A DNA stretch of 64,000 bases from a virus. The position numbers and the translations under genes are program-made. Below the pieces are notes generated by a model. The model did no database searches. It was not told the DNA's origin and saw only the letters and a program-made list of their open reading frames with translations. Below are positions 49,584-57,618 of the stretch, one piece after another. The stretch's first letter is position 1. Every line of letters starts with the position of its first letter. Location: the IMG/VR virus record IMGVR_UViG_3300006033_000024, positions 6,159-70,158 of that record; one strand, written 5' to 3'.

Positions 49584-49840
49584 TGCAACGATACCCTAAT
49601 CATCGTTGTATTTTGCAACGATTTTTGCAACGGTAAATCTATCGTTGCAAAAAAGTGTAGAATTACGCATTTATCTGCAATGGGATAAACCCTATTTAAT
49701 AGGGATTATATTGCACATTAACCCTATTTAATAGGGGTTATAGGCAATTAAATGCCGATTATAGGCAATTAAATGCCGATTATACCCATATGGGTGCAAT
49801 ACAGAACATTGATACGCATATTATACCCTATCGGATATAA
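49584..49840. repeat. Patchwork of short palindromes and tandem repeats
   Basis: TGCAACG(A/G)T-like x5 in both orientations, CCCTATTTAATAGGG x2, TTATAGGCAATTAAATGCCGA x2 in tandem, ACCCATATGGGT, TTATACCCTATCGGATATAA. Confidence 0.85.
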
Positions 49841-49843
49841 TTA

Positions 49844-50080
49844 TTACTTAAACCAATTCTCCGGATTTTCACTCTCGTATCCACACGCGATATACATTTC
49901 AATAATTTTCTTTGCGTCTGGATCATAGTTAATGTTCTGATAAACTTCACCGATCGTTTTACACATATAAGATAGCATAACGATTAGATCCGACGTCGCT
50001 TTCGTGCTATGCGCAAATGGTTTCTTTTCACCGGGCAAATACCATTCAACATCGCCCTTGGTTTGGCTATTTTTGGACAT
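49844..50080 (-). CDS. Hypothetical protein (start MSKNSQ)
   Basis: Overlap-coupled to the upstream membrane protein gene. Confidence 0.5.
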   Translation of the reverse strand: MSKNSQTKGDVEWYLPGEKKPFAHSTKATSDLIVMLSYMCKTIGEVYQNINYDPDAKKIIEMYIACGYESENPENWFK

Positions 50081-50537
50081 ATTTATTTGCCTTTGATTTA
50101 ACCCACGGACGAATTTCGGTCTTGAACAAGAAATACAGTAGATCAGTCGCATTACCGACAAACACCATCGCCCAATACCATTGATAGGCATCTGCATTAC
50201 TTATTCCCAACAAAGTTGCAATCGGAAACACCGGCAACGCAAGAACGAATTCAATGATTATAAAGAAGAAAGCCAAAACATCGTGCCAATATTGACCAAA
50301 CATCTTAACTGTAGCGTCAAACGAATCAGAATATAGTAACTGATATGTATTAGCGTAAATGATCAAAATGTGCAAAACCATAAGTGGCAAAGACACAACT
50401 GGCGCACCAATCCATTTGAAAAACCAATAAGCAAGTACCAAGTCAACCAGATATGAAATAAATTTCCATACCAAATTCACCCTTTTATTCTTAAACATAT
50501 GTATTTCTTTTTTCATAACCCCTCCATAAGCAACCAT
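50067..50537 (-). CDS. Multi-pass membrane protein
   Basis: About four hydrophobic helices; RBS GGAGGG before MKKEIH. Confidence 0.65.
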   Translation of the reverse strand: MVAYGGVMKKEIHMFKNKRVNLVWKFISYLVDLVLAYWFFKWIGAPVVSLPLMVLHILIIYANTYQLLYSDSFDATVKMFGQYWHDVLAFFFIIIEFVLALPVFPIATLLGISNADAYQWYWAMVFVGNATDLLYFLFKTEIRPWVKSKANKYVQK

Positions 50538-50575
50538 ATCAAGTTGCTTTTCGTTATAGCAACCAATTTAAGTTG

Positions 50576-50992
50576 CTATTTAAACAATTCTTTCATTTTG
50601 GCAATTTGTATTTCTCTTTCGCGTCCCAATTCAAGAAGTCTTTCTGCTTTGATTCTCTCTCGTTCATCTTCCCTACGAGCAGCTTCGGCTTTTAAAGATT
50701 CAATGTATAACTCAAATTCATCTTTCCATGGCCCGTCAATCAACCAACCATAACTTTCAGTCCAACCACGATCGCCATCAACCATCCCATATACATTAAG
50801 CCGATTATCCCCATTAAAAGGTTTAGACGGATCATAAACATCAATACAAAACGTTTTACCTCTGGCGTGTTGCCCTAATGTGAAGATAAAATTTCCGTGG
50901 CGATATTCTTTAAAGCCACTCTTAGTTAAATCGCCATAGTAACCTAAAACAGCGTCGTAAATAATGTCAAAATACTCTCTTGCACCCTTCAT
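50576..50992 (-). CDS. Hypothetical protein
   Basis: RBS AGGAGG. Confidence 0.65.
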   Translation of the reverse strand: MKGAREYFDIIYDAVLGYYGDLTKSGFKEYRHGNFIFTLGQHARGKTFCIDVYDPSKPFNGDNRLNVYGMVDGDRGWTESYGWLIDGPWKDEFELYIESLKAEAARREDERERIKAERLLELGREREIQIAKMKELFK

Positions 50993-51014
50993 TTTACATC
51001 CTCCTATTTAGCAC

Positions 51015-51032
51015 ATAAAACTTCTGTTTTAT
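51015..51032. repeat. ATAAAA-N6-TTTTAT site (CTTCTG)
   Basis: Intergenic. Confidence 0.85.
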
Positions 51033-51122
51033 TCCTTATAATTTCGTGGATAACGTACATTAGATTTTCTTGGTAAAGATCCCATTAAGAAAATCAAAAT
51101 AACACAAATGACGATCTCCATC

Positions 51123-51656
51123 CTATTTCTTCAACTTCGATTCGCCTAACAAATCTTCAAGCTGTTTATCAAGCGCCCACCCCAAACCATTAACCGGTTT
51201 TTTCTTTTTCTTAAACAATGACTTTATCCATCCGGTGAATCGAAGGAAGTAATACTCTCTCAATTGCCACGTCCAGTTGATTCTTGACCACAATATTTCC
51301 CAACGCGTTACCGGTGGCATAGGGGTAATAACGTTGTAGAACACGGCTAGATCAATAATGTCGCCATCAAACCTATCAGAATCATACCAATCTAACGAAT
51401 CGTAATACGACAGCAACTCGTCTAATTTGTGTAACTTGGCAGCTTCGGTAAAAGCCATCTGCCAACCATAAGATCCACTCGCATAAACCCAAGTTTCCTC
51501 ATCATTGTAACCTAAGTTACTGCCATAAGTACCCTTACCCAAGTGTTTTTGCAACCCATACCGTAACGTTTGCAAGAACGACTTTGTGATCATCGCCTTA
51601 TATTCTTCTGGGATACTATACTCGATTGTTCCTTCGTCAGTTATTGGCATACGCAC
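51123..51656 (-). CDS. Hypothetical protein
   Basis: 177-aa ORF in operon context. Confidence 0.6.
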   Translation of the reverse strand: MRMPITDEGTIEYSIPEEYKAMITKSFLQTLRYGLQKHLGKGTYGSNLGYNDEETWVYASGSYGWQMAFTEAAKLHKLDELLSYYDSLDWYDSDRFDGDIIDLAVFYNVITPMPPVTRWEILWSRINWTWQLREYYFLRFTGWIKSLFKKKKKPVNGLGWALDKQLEDLLGESKLKK

Positions 51657-51933
51657 CCACTACCTTTTGTTCGGTCACATCAATGCGATCACAAGTATCA
51701 AACGAAAACCCATCATCCAATAAAACGGTCAACCGATATTTATTGTTATCTGTCGGTTGAATGGCATATTCATTCGTCCAAATCTTAACACTACTCTCAA
51801 AGAACCCATCATTTTGACAGTAAATGTAATACTTATAGGTCGCCTTTTTATCTGCTAACGGATCCTTGCTGCTACATCCGAATAAGAAAATCGCTAGCAA
51901 TACAACAAGTAATTTTTTCATGTTGCCCCTCAT
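51637..51933 (-). CDS. Putative lipoprotein
   Basis: MKKLLVVLLAIFLFGC lipobox-like signal peptide. Confidence 0.65.
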   Translation of the reverse strand: MRGNMKKLLVVLLAIFLFGCSSKDPLADKKATYKYYIYCQNDGFFESSVKIWTNEYAIQPTDNNKYRLTVLLDDGFSFDTCDRIDVTEQKVVGAYANN

Positions 51934-52145
51934 TTATATCTCTCCTTATTCGCTTTGATTTTCTTTCGATAATTTAAATCTAATAATGTTAAAGCAACTA
52001 CAGCTGCGACCACGATTATAACCAATAATGCAATTAGCCCCCATATTCCAGAGTGCTGCGCATATAGCATAAAAAGAGAAAACAGAGTAGCAGTAACGAG
52101 TACTCCAAAAACCAAACCTACGTTCTTCAAAATAATTTTTAACAT
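51930..52145 (-). CDS. Two-TM membrane protein
   Basis: Two hydrophobic helices and a basic tail; RBS AGGAG. Confidence 0.6.
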   Translation of the reverse strand: MLKIILKNVGLVFGVLVTATLFSLFMLYAQHSGIWGLIALLVIIVVAAVVALTLLDLNYRKKIKANKERYK

Positions 52146-52154
52146 TTTGTTCTC

Positions 52155-52331
52155 CTATAAAACTTTCGTTTCTTTATTTTCTTCTTCGATCACGCAAATA
52201 ACCCCAACAGGCTTGTATTTACCGTTATAACTCATCAAAAGATTGTCAATCTGAACCGAATCCGGTTCTTTTCCGACGCCAAATATAGAGGTTAAATTTA
52301 TTTTAATTCCATTAGCAACATACAATTTCAT
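52155..52331 (-). CDS. 58-aa ORF (not in ORF track) carrying the tail-fibre LTSIFGxGKEP motif
   Basis: MKLYVANGIKINLTSIFGVGKEPDSVQIDNLLMSYNGKYKPVGVICVIEEENKETKVL; RBS AGGAG 7 nt upstream. Confidence 0.7.
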   Translation of the reverse strand: MKLYVANGIKINLTSIFGVGKEPDSVQIDNLLMSYNGKYKPVGVICVIEEENKETKVL

Positions 52332-52340
52332 ATCGAACTC

Positions 52341-52706
52341 CTATAAAACTCTCGTTTTATCTTTTGGTTGAAATCCATACCGATCCATGCGAACGCTTTC
52401 AATACATATACCGAAGATCCAACGCAATTCTTCGCGATTGTAAGGTTTAGTCATATACGACGCCCGGAACGGATATTTATACCATTCAATCTTCAATCCG
52501 GTCGGTTTATATTCAAAATTTGGCAACGGATCGTTTTCGTCCGACCAATTATAGGGACGAATCGCGAACGTGTCGTTTTCAAACCCTTTTCCGTGCGAAT
52601 TCATGCCATAGGCGTCCAAGCCACAAACTTTTAAAAGGTTGTGCCAATAAAGTTCCATTACCAAGTCACGATCCACAAGATGATCATACTTATACATACT
52701 GTTCAT
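52341..52706 (-). CDS. Conserved-looking phage protein bounded by two palindrome sites
   Basis: FENDTFAIRPYNW..PNFEYKPTGLKIEWYKYPFR; RBS GAGGT. Confidence 0.7.
   Translation of the reverse strand: MNSMYKYDHLVDRDLVMELYWHNLLKVCGLDAYGMNSHGKGFENDTFAIRPYNWSDENDPLPNFEYKPTGLKIEWYKYPFRASYMTKPYNREELRWIFGICIESVRMDRYGFQPKDKTRVL
52343..52360. repeat. ATAAAA-N6-TTTTAT site (CTCTCG); 2-mismatch copy at 52157-52174
   Basis: Encodes a gene C-terminus, followed by AGGAG. Confidence 0.85.
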
Positions 52707-52722
52707 TATTTACCTCTTGCAG

Positions 52723-52740
52723 ATAAAACTGCGATTTTAT
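52723..52740. repeat. ATAAAA-N6-TTTTAT site (CTGCGA)
   Basis: Abuts a stop codon. Confidence 0.88.
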
Positions 52741-53025
52741 TTATATGAGATCGTTGCGATCTGCCCACTCCCAAAAATTACGCAACAAAGACAACAATAG
52801 CGGAATCAAAAGGATGAGAAACACAAACCACAAAATCGAACCAATCTGGCTCCCTAGAACGCTAACCAACCAATCTCCACATAAAAGCACAATCGCAATA
52901 GAAACAAAAAAGCCACCAACATTAGCAAAATAGAACAATACAAATTTCATCATCTTAATATAATCATCAAATATTTTTTTCATTGTGTTTTTACCTCTAT
53001 TCTCCCCGATCAAAATGATCGGCAA
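52741..53025 (-). CDS. Two-TM membrane protein (real start probably MKKIFD)
   Basis: Hydrophobic helices. Confidence 0.55.
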   Translation of the reverse strand: MPIILIGENRGKNTMKKIFDDYIKMMKFVLFYFANVGGFFVSIAIVLLCGDWLVSVLGSQIGSILWFVFLILLIPLLLSLLRNFWEWADRNDLI

Positions 53026-53617
53026 GTTTACCGTTTTTCATACGAACATACTTGCAAATCTGACCGTTGATGTTGATTACAAACCCCTCAACGTTACGAC
53101 CAACCTCTTGGGTATACTGATCGTATAAATAGTTCAACGCACCAATGTTCAAGTCCTCGTACCCAGCTTCCGGCAAAACCACCGGAACATGTTCGATAAA
53201 ACTTGGCGTCCAATCTTCTTGAAAAGAATAGTGAAACAAGTTAGGATCATACTTTAAGTTGGAAACTTTAAGGGAAATATCGACGTTGCCTTTGGCGAAC
53301 ATGAAGAATCTATTATTGCCAAAGTCGTATTTAAGTTTTCCCATGCCAATCCACTCACCCCAGATAGCACTACCATCATTCAATGAGGTTAACAGGCTTT
53401 CGCCATATTCTTTTAACCAACCATATAACCCCTTGTACAAAACAGGTTTTGCGTCTTCAATCTCGCTTAGCGTAAACACATTGCTTCTGGTTGCAATATA
53501 AAGCGTGTCACCTAATTTAAAAAACCCAAGGTTACTTCCGTCTAGTTTTTCTGTAATGATGATATTCGGATTCAACCCAATCCGAACCGTCTTGGGATAT
53601 AACTCTTTTTTGATCAT
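52997..53617 (-). CDS. RNA ligase (Rnl2-type nucleotidyltransferase domain)
   Basis: YPKT, TEKLDGSN (motif I), WGEW, EGFV, KY; RBS GGAGG. Confidence 0.8.
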   Translation of the reverse strand: MIKKELYPKTVRIGLNPNIIITEKLDGSNLGFFKLGDTLYIATRSNVFTLSEIEDAKPVLYKGLYGWLKEYGESLLTSLNDGSAIWGEWIGMGKLKYDFGNNRFFMFAKGNVDISLKVSNLKYDPNLFHYSFQEDWTPSFIEHVPVVLPEAGYEDLNIGALNYLYDQYTQEVGRNVEGFVININGQICKYVRMKNGKLADHFDRGE

Positions 53618-53627
53618 GTGTTCCTCC

Positions 53628-53645
53628 ATAAAACCCTTGTTTTAT
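53628..53645. repeat. ATAAAA-N6-TTTTAT site (CCCTTG)
   Basis: Between the MTase and the RNA ligase, followed by GGAGG. Confidence 0.88.
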
Positions 53646-53661
53646 TTTTTAATGCAAAATA

Positions 53662-54774
53662 TCAATTCTTATAAAATACATATACGCCCTCTGATTTCGG
53701 CTTATCAATACCGTTATCATCTTTATGACCAGATCCTTTTCTTGTTTGTAATTTCATTTCAAGTTTTTCCACAAAATCAAAACCAACCTCTTTACTTGCT
53801 TCAATCCATCTATCAACATATTGAACCTTTTTATTTCCAACATTGAAATCGGCTATGTTGACCGCATAGAACCGATTATGTTTCAACATCCCATAAATAT
53901 TTTGTATTGTGGGCTTAACATATCCGGCTATCCAAGATTCAATATCGCCAAACTTAATATAGCACTGCGTATCTTCGTCGGAATAGGACTCTAAATTGAA
54001 ATAAGGTGGGCTGCTAAACGCAAAATCTGCCGTTAGTGGATGGTAATTGATGTTTTCGCTACCGGAACACAATACTTTAAAAGAGTTTTTGCGCCCAGTA
54101 ACCGATTCGATGTATCCACCTAATACCTTTAGGTTTTCATATGTTTCGGTACACGGATCGACTCCGAAATATTTGTAATTGTTTTTGCTTGTTAATGCAC
54201 CCAACATACGCCCACCGAAACCACACGAATAGTCAAAGATAACCCCGTTTTGGGGGCAATACTTCTCATAAATCGACTTAGCCTTCATAGGTGGAAAATT
54301 TGTGGCAACGTTACCACCAATTAACCTTGAGTTACGATATAACCCACTATAAATATTCCGTAATCTTTCATATGTCAAAGCGAACCTAATTGTTTTTTTA
54401 AGTTTATGATCATCATAGAATCTATCGTACATAGAGTTGCCCTTGGCGCCCTTGCACTGGACTTGGTGTAAATTCTTGAACAGCAACATACAAACATACT
54501 GCCCAGCATTACTTTTTTCGTCAACCACCTTGTTCAACTTGACATCCTTACCAATACATTTGACAATCTCTTTTTTAATTCCATCTTCATTAAAATAATA
54601 TATGGGGAAAATGTTTTTTGATCTTACAACGTTAAAGATTTTCTCAACCACTTCGTCCTTTGCCGCATCATCCAACAAGTTAAAGTCATCCGGTGAAATG
54701 ATGTCGATTTGATTCATAACATCTTCATATCCGGTAGACGTTTCTGTTGGACTTGTATAATCCCAATTAAACAT
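53662..54774 (-). CDS. DNA amino-methyltransferase (N4C/N6A-type)
   Basis: DYSCGFGGR SAM-binding motif; FSSPPYFNLE catalytic motif. Confidence 0.85.
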   Translation of the reverse strand: MFNWDYTSPTETSTGYEDVMNQIDIISPDDFNLLDDAAKDEVVEKIFNVVRSKNIFPIYYFNEDGIKKEIVKCIGKDVKLNKVVDEKSNAGQYVCMLLFKNLHQVQCKGAKGNSMYDRFYDDHKLKKTIRFALTYERLRNIYSGLYRNSRLIGGNVATNFPPMKAKSIYEKYCPQNGVIFDYSCGFGGRMLGALTSKNNYKYFGVDPCTETYENLKVLGGYIESVTGRKNSFKVLCSGSENINYHPLTADFAFSSPPYFNLESYSDEDTQCYIKFGDIESWIAGYVKPTIQNIYGMLKHNRFYAVNIADFNVGNKKVQYVDRWIEASKEVGFDFVEKLEMKLQTRKGSGHKDDNGIDKPKSEGVYVFYKN

Positions 54775-54806
54775 TTGACATCCCCCTTGTTTTATTTACT
54801 GTTATC

Positions 54807-54835
54807 ATTATACTATAAATTAGATCAATCGTCAA
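54807..54835 (-). promoter_or_regulatory. SigA-type promoter for the methyltransferase
   Basis: TTGACG-17 bp-TATAAT. Confidence 0.78.
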
Positions 54836-54946
54836 GAATCAATCGGTAAAGCGTGACGCCAACATCCGGTTATAGAACATCGACATACACGCAGCTAGGA
54901 TCCGAACCCATATTCTGTTCCTGCTTTTACGCATAATGTTTCTTTA

Positions 54947-55351
54947 TTACAATGTTTGACCTAATTTTAAGAACTCTTTAACGTTTATAAAATTGTTTAA
55001 CGCAGAAAAGAACGGCATAAGGTTCACCGAATCTGCCCAAGGCGCGACCTCAAATTCATAGCCCATCCTAAATGCAGTCCGACAATTAAAGTAGTGCGCC
55101 TTAACATCAAGACACGCCCAAGACAACTTGCCATCTTCGAACTCAAAGTCAAAGTGATCAACAATTTCCAATTCTTTTACTAATGAAATACCACGATCGT
55201 TAAACTCTTTTAGTGCATCCACCAAGAACCCCTCAAGCATCCACAAATCATAGATGGTCAAATCATGCCAATCACCTACAACTTCTTTGAATCGTTGAAT
55301 TGTCGCTCTCACGTTAATCCTCCTCTGCGTAGCACGTTTTGTAGTACGCAT
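54947..55351 (-). CDS. Hypothetical protein
   Basis: ORF; RBS GAGGAGG before a GTG start. Confidence 0.55.
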   Translation of the reverse strand: MRTTKRATQRRINVRATIQRFKEVVGDWHDLTIYDLWMLEGFLVDALKEFNDRGISLVKELEIVDHFDFEFEDGKLSWACLDVKAHYFNCRTAFRMGYEFEVAPWADSVNLMPFFSALNNFINVKEFLKLGQTL

Positions 55352-55601
55352 CCACCGCCCAAATAAACTTATCCCAATCCGGGATTAGAAATAGTTCGCC
55401 ATCACGATCAATCAATCCTTGTCGAACCAACAGTGTGAATTCACCCACAAACGCACGGTAATGATTTACTGAAAGAACGACTTCCAACAACGTAGTGGGA
55501 TCAATTTTTAAATTGACTTCCCCCTTGAAGCCATCATAATCGCCTACCGGATACTTCGCAACGCCATCTTTAAGAACACTATCAATTAATTGTTTTGTCA
55601 T
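55314..55601 (-). CDS. Hypothetical protein
   Basis: 95-aa ORF. Confidence 0.55.
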   Translation of the reverse strand: MTKQLIDSVLKDGVAKYPVGDYDGFKGEVNLKIDPTTLLEVVLSVNHYRAFVGEFTLLVRQGLIDRDGELFLIPDWDKFIWAVDAYYKTCYAEED

Positions 55602-55607
55602 GGTTGA

Positions 55608-55853
55608 CTATGCCTTGTAAAAAATCTCTTCGATTTCGTCAACGCGTTTTTGTTTTAATCGAATGATTGCATTTGTTTCATCTGCGGTCAAGATGCAAAT
55701 TCTGACCCGTGAATTAGGCATACCCCAAACGGAATCATCGTAAGCGATATAAACACCACCCTTAAATCTCGCCGCCAACGTGTCAATATCATCCAACAAT
55801 CTTTTCTTTTCGCCCATCAGCTTTTCAAGTTCTTCAAATTTTCCCAGTTCCAT
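55608..55853 (-). CDS. Small coiled-coil protein, paralogue of 55895..56134
   Basis: RBS AAGGAG; IC.L..DE..A.I..K pattern. Confidence 0.6.
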   Translation of the reverse strand: MELGKFEELEKLMGEKKRLLDDIDTLAARFKGGVYIAYDDSVWGMPNSRVRICILTADETNAIIRLKQKRVDEIEEIFYKA

Positions 55854-55880
55854 TTTTTCTCCTTTATTGGAATGATCCAC

Positions 55881-55898
55881 ATAAAATACAGATTTTAT
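55881..55898. repeat. ATAAAA-N6-TTTTAT site (TACAGA)
   Basis: Between two paralogous genes. Confidence 0.85.
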
Positions 55899-56134
55899 AA
55901 CGAATCCAAAGTCTTTTTAATGTCAGCGATTGACGATTCTTTATATTGAATAAGAGCATCAATCTCTTCGTCGCTTAAGTCACAAATAAGATCTAATCCA
56001 CTACCCATGTAGCTGGGACGTCTATGAACACCCAAAGACCGTCCTTTGTTGCCAGAAAGCGACTGTACTTCACGCTGCAATTGCGTTTTTCTCTGTTCCA
56101 ACAAAATAATCTGATCAATTACCACTTGATTCAT
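55895..56134 (-). CDS. Small coiled-coil protein, paralogue of 55608..55853
   Basis: RBS GGAGGAGG; ICDLSDEEIDALIQYK. Confidence 0.6.
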   Translation of the reverse strand: MNQVVIDQIILLEQRKTQLQREVQSLSGNKGRSLGVHRRPSYMGSGLDLICDLSDEEIDALIQYKESSIADIKKTLDSL

Positions 56135-56231
56135 CTAAACCTCCTCCCAACTATCGCCATTTTTGCGACAGTTCAAATTGTCTGTAATACTAAACTTTTA
56201 CGTTCAAGTTTACAAATACTAAACTATTTGC

Positions 56232-56260
56232 ATTATAACATTTCGATTGTTACAATGCAA
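56232..56260 (-). promoter_or_regulatory. SigA-type promoter
   Basis: TTGCAT-17 bp-TATAAT, extended -10. Confidence 0.65.
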
Positions 56261-56274
56261 CTTAAATGATACAA

Positions 56275-56601
56275 TCAATCCTCTTCAACGATAAATGCGC
56301 CACCCTCACGATGCCCACCAAAGCACAAGTTGCCCCGGTCGCAAATCAACATGATTTCATCATCCGACAAATGCGTTGTGTTGTGATAAATCGAATACGT
56401 TGAATGTGCGAACCCAGCAACTTGGATCAGAATCAAATCAAAGGTATCCGTATTATAAATTCCAACTTCACTTGGAAAAATGATCGCACAACGATACTTC
56501 TTCATCAACCGTCTGTAAATCTGTTGATTGATTTTCCCCTTCAAATCTTCCTGTTCGGTAAATGCCCATTTGTTATAAACGCGGCGTTCGATCTTCGACA
56601 T
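56275..56601 (-). CDS. Hypothetical phage protein
   Basis: RBS GGAGGA; LSDDEIMLICDRGNLCFG. Confidence 0.65.
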   Translation of the reverse strand: MSKIERRVYNKWAFTEQEDLKGKINQQIYRRLMKKYRCAIIFPSEVGIYNTDTFDLILIQVAGFAHSTYSIYHNTTHLSDDEIMLICDRGNLCFGGHREGGAFIVEED

Positions 56602-56631
56602 AATATCCTCCGATTTAATGTTAAAATCTTT

Positions 56632-56696
56632 TGTACAAGCGTTGTAAATCGTTGGCGGTATATTTACCCTACCTCAACGCAAATCACGTCCTACAC
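56632..56696. repeat. Dispersed ~65-bp element, copy B
   Basis: TGTACAAGCG..GTAAATCGTTGG..TACCCTACCTCAACGCAAA..CACGTCCTACAC. Confidence 0.75.
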
Positions 56697-56725
56697 GTCT
56701 GAAAATAAGGCTAGTACAACTTTAA

Positions 56726-56932
56726 TCACTTTTGTTCGACGTTCTCAATCCATAACCGGTGTTCGCCATCGTCACGCAACCGTACACCGTACTTGGATCC
56801 ATCTATGATCCAAAACACAATACAATCACGCACTTCACGATAGGTTAATCCGGTTCGTTCGATGATCTCATCAATAGTTTCTCGCAACTCGTATTCGGTT
56901 TGGAAAATCTTGGGATAATTCTTGTCTGTCAT
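56726..56932 (-). CDS. Hypothetical protein
   Basis: 68-aa coupled ORF. Confidence 0.5.
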   Translation of the reverse strand: MTDKNYPKIFQTEYELRETIDEIIERTGLTYREVRDCIVFWIIDGSKYGVRLRDDGEHRLWIENVEQK

Positions 56933-56933
56933 A

Positions 56934-57296
56934 TTAAATCCCCTTAATAATTTCTTTTAACTCGGCATTACAACTTCGTTGTGCTTTGAGAAATTCTTTT
57001 AATTCAATCTCGCGTTTATCCACGCACTTCAATTCGGCAGCAAGTCGAACCGCCAACACCAAACATTGTTCGACATTGCCAAAGCTGCCCCTTGCCATCC
57101 AATTTTCATACTTGACACCCTCGGCTAATTTCCCCTTGCCACGGCTTGTCCGGCGAATCAATTCTTGCAACAAATATTCTTTCTTGGATCTGAACACCAA
57201 CACACGCAACCGATCGGTCAACGTGATAATTAAATCGGCGCTTGTAGCGTCACCCTCTTCTTGCAACGCTTCATCTAAAACATCAACCTTTTTCAT
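56934..57296 (-). CDS. Hypothetical protein
   Basis: 120-aa coupled ORF. Confidence 0.55.
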   Translation of the reverse strand: MKKVDVLDEALQEEGDATSADLIITLTDRLRVLVFRSKKEYLLQELIRRTSRGKGKLAEGVKYENWMARGSFGNVEQCLVLAVRLAAELKCVDKREIELKEFLKAQRSCNAELKEIIKGI

Positions 57297-57570
57297 AGAC
57301 AGTCATTCCTCCCTTGTCAATGGTAAAATAAGGCTTCGGTAAATTCTCTCGATCAATACCTTTATGGTCACAAGGACGTTTGATCGGAACAAATGTATAA
57401 CTATATTCTGTAAACTTAGCGTTATCCGAATAAATCCTTAAATAATTTTTCCCTTTATAAGTGCATATAATCTCTTCATAACGAATCGTTTCAACGATCA
57501 CCAAGCCGGGCGTAGCGTCAAAAATGATACCATCCGTGATTTCCTCGCCCATGAACATAATTTTTGACAT
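57283..57570 (-). CDS. Hypothetical protein (start MSKIMF)
   Basis: RBS GGGAGG; promoter upstream. Confidence 0.55.
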   Translation of the reverse strand: MSKIMFMGEEITDGIIFDATPGLVIVETIRYEEIICTYKGKNYLRIYSDNAKFTEYSYTFVPIKRPCDHKGIDRENLPKPYFTIDKGGMTVYEKG

Positions 57571-57586
57571 AGTTCCTCCCTTGTAC

Positions 57587-57615
57587 ATTATAACATAAAT
57601 TCACAAACTTATCAA
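57587..57615 (-). promoter_or_regulatory. SigA-type promoter
   Basis: TTGATA-17 bp-TATAAT, extended -10. Confidence 0.72.
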
Positions 57616-57618
57616 TGT

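Noticed and set aside
49584-49840. Possible CRISPR mini-array
   Set aside because: Repeats are of mixed families, abut without unique spacers of regular length, and no cas operon is present.
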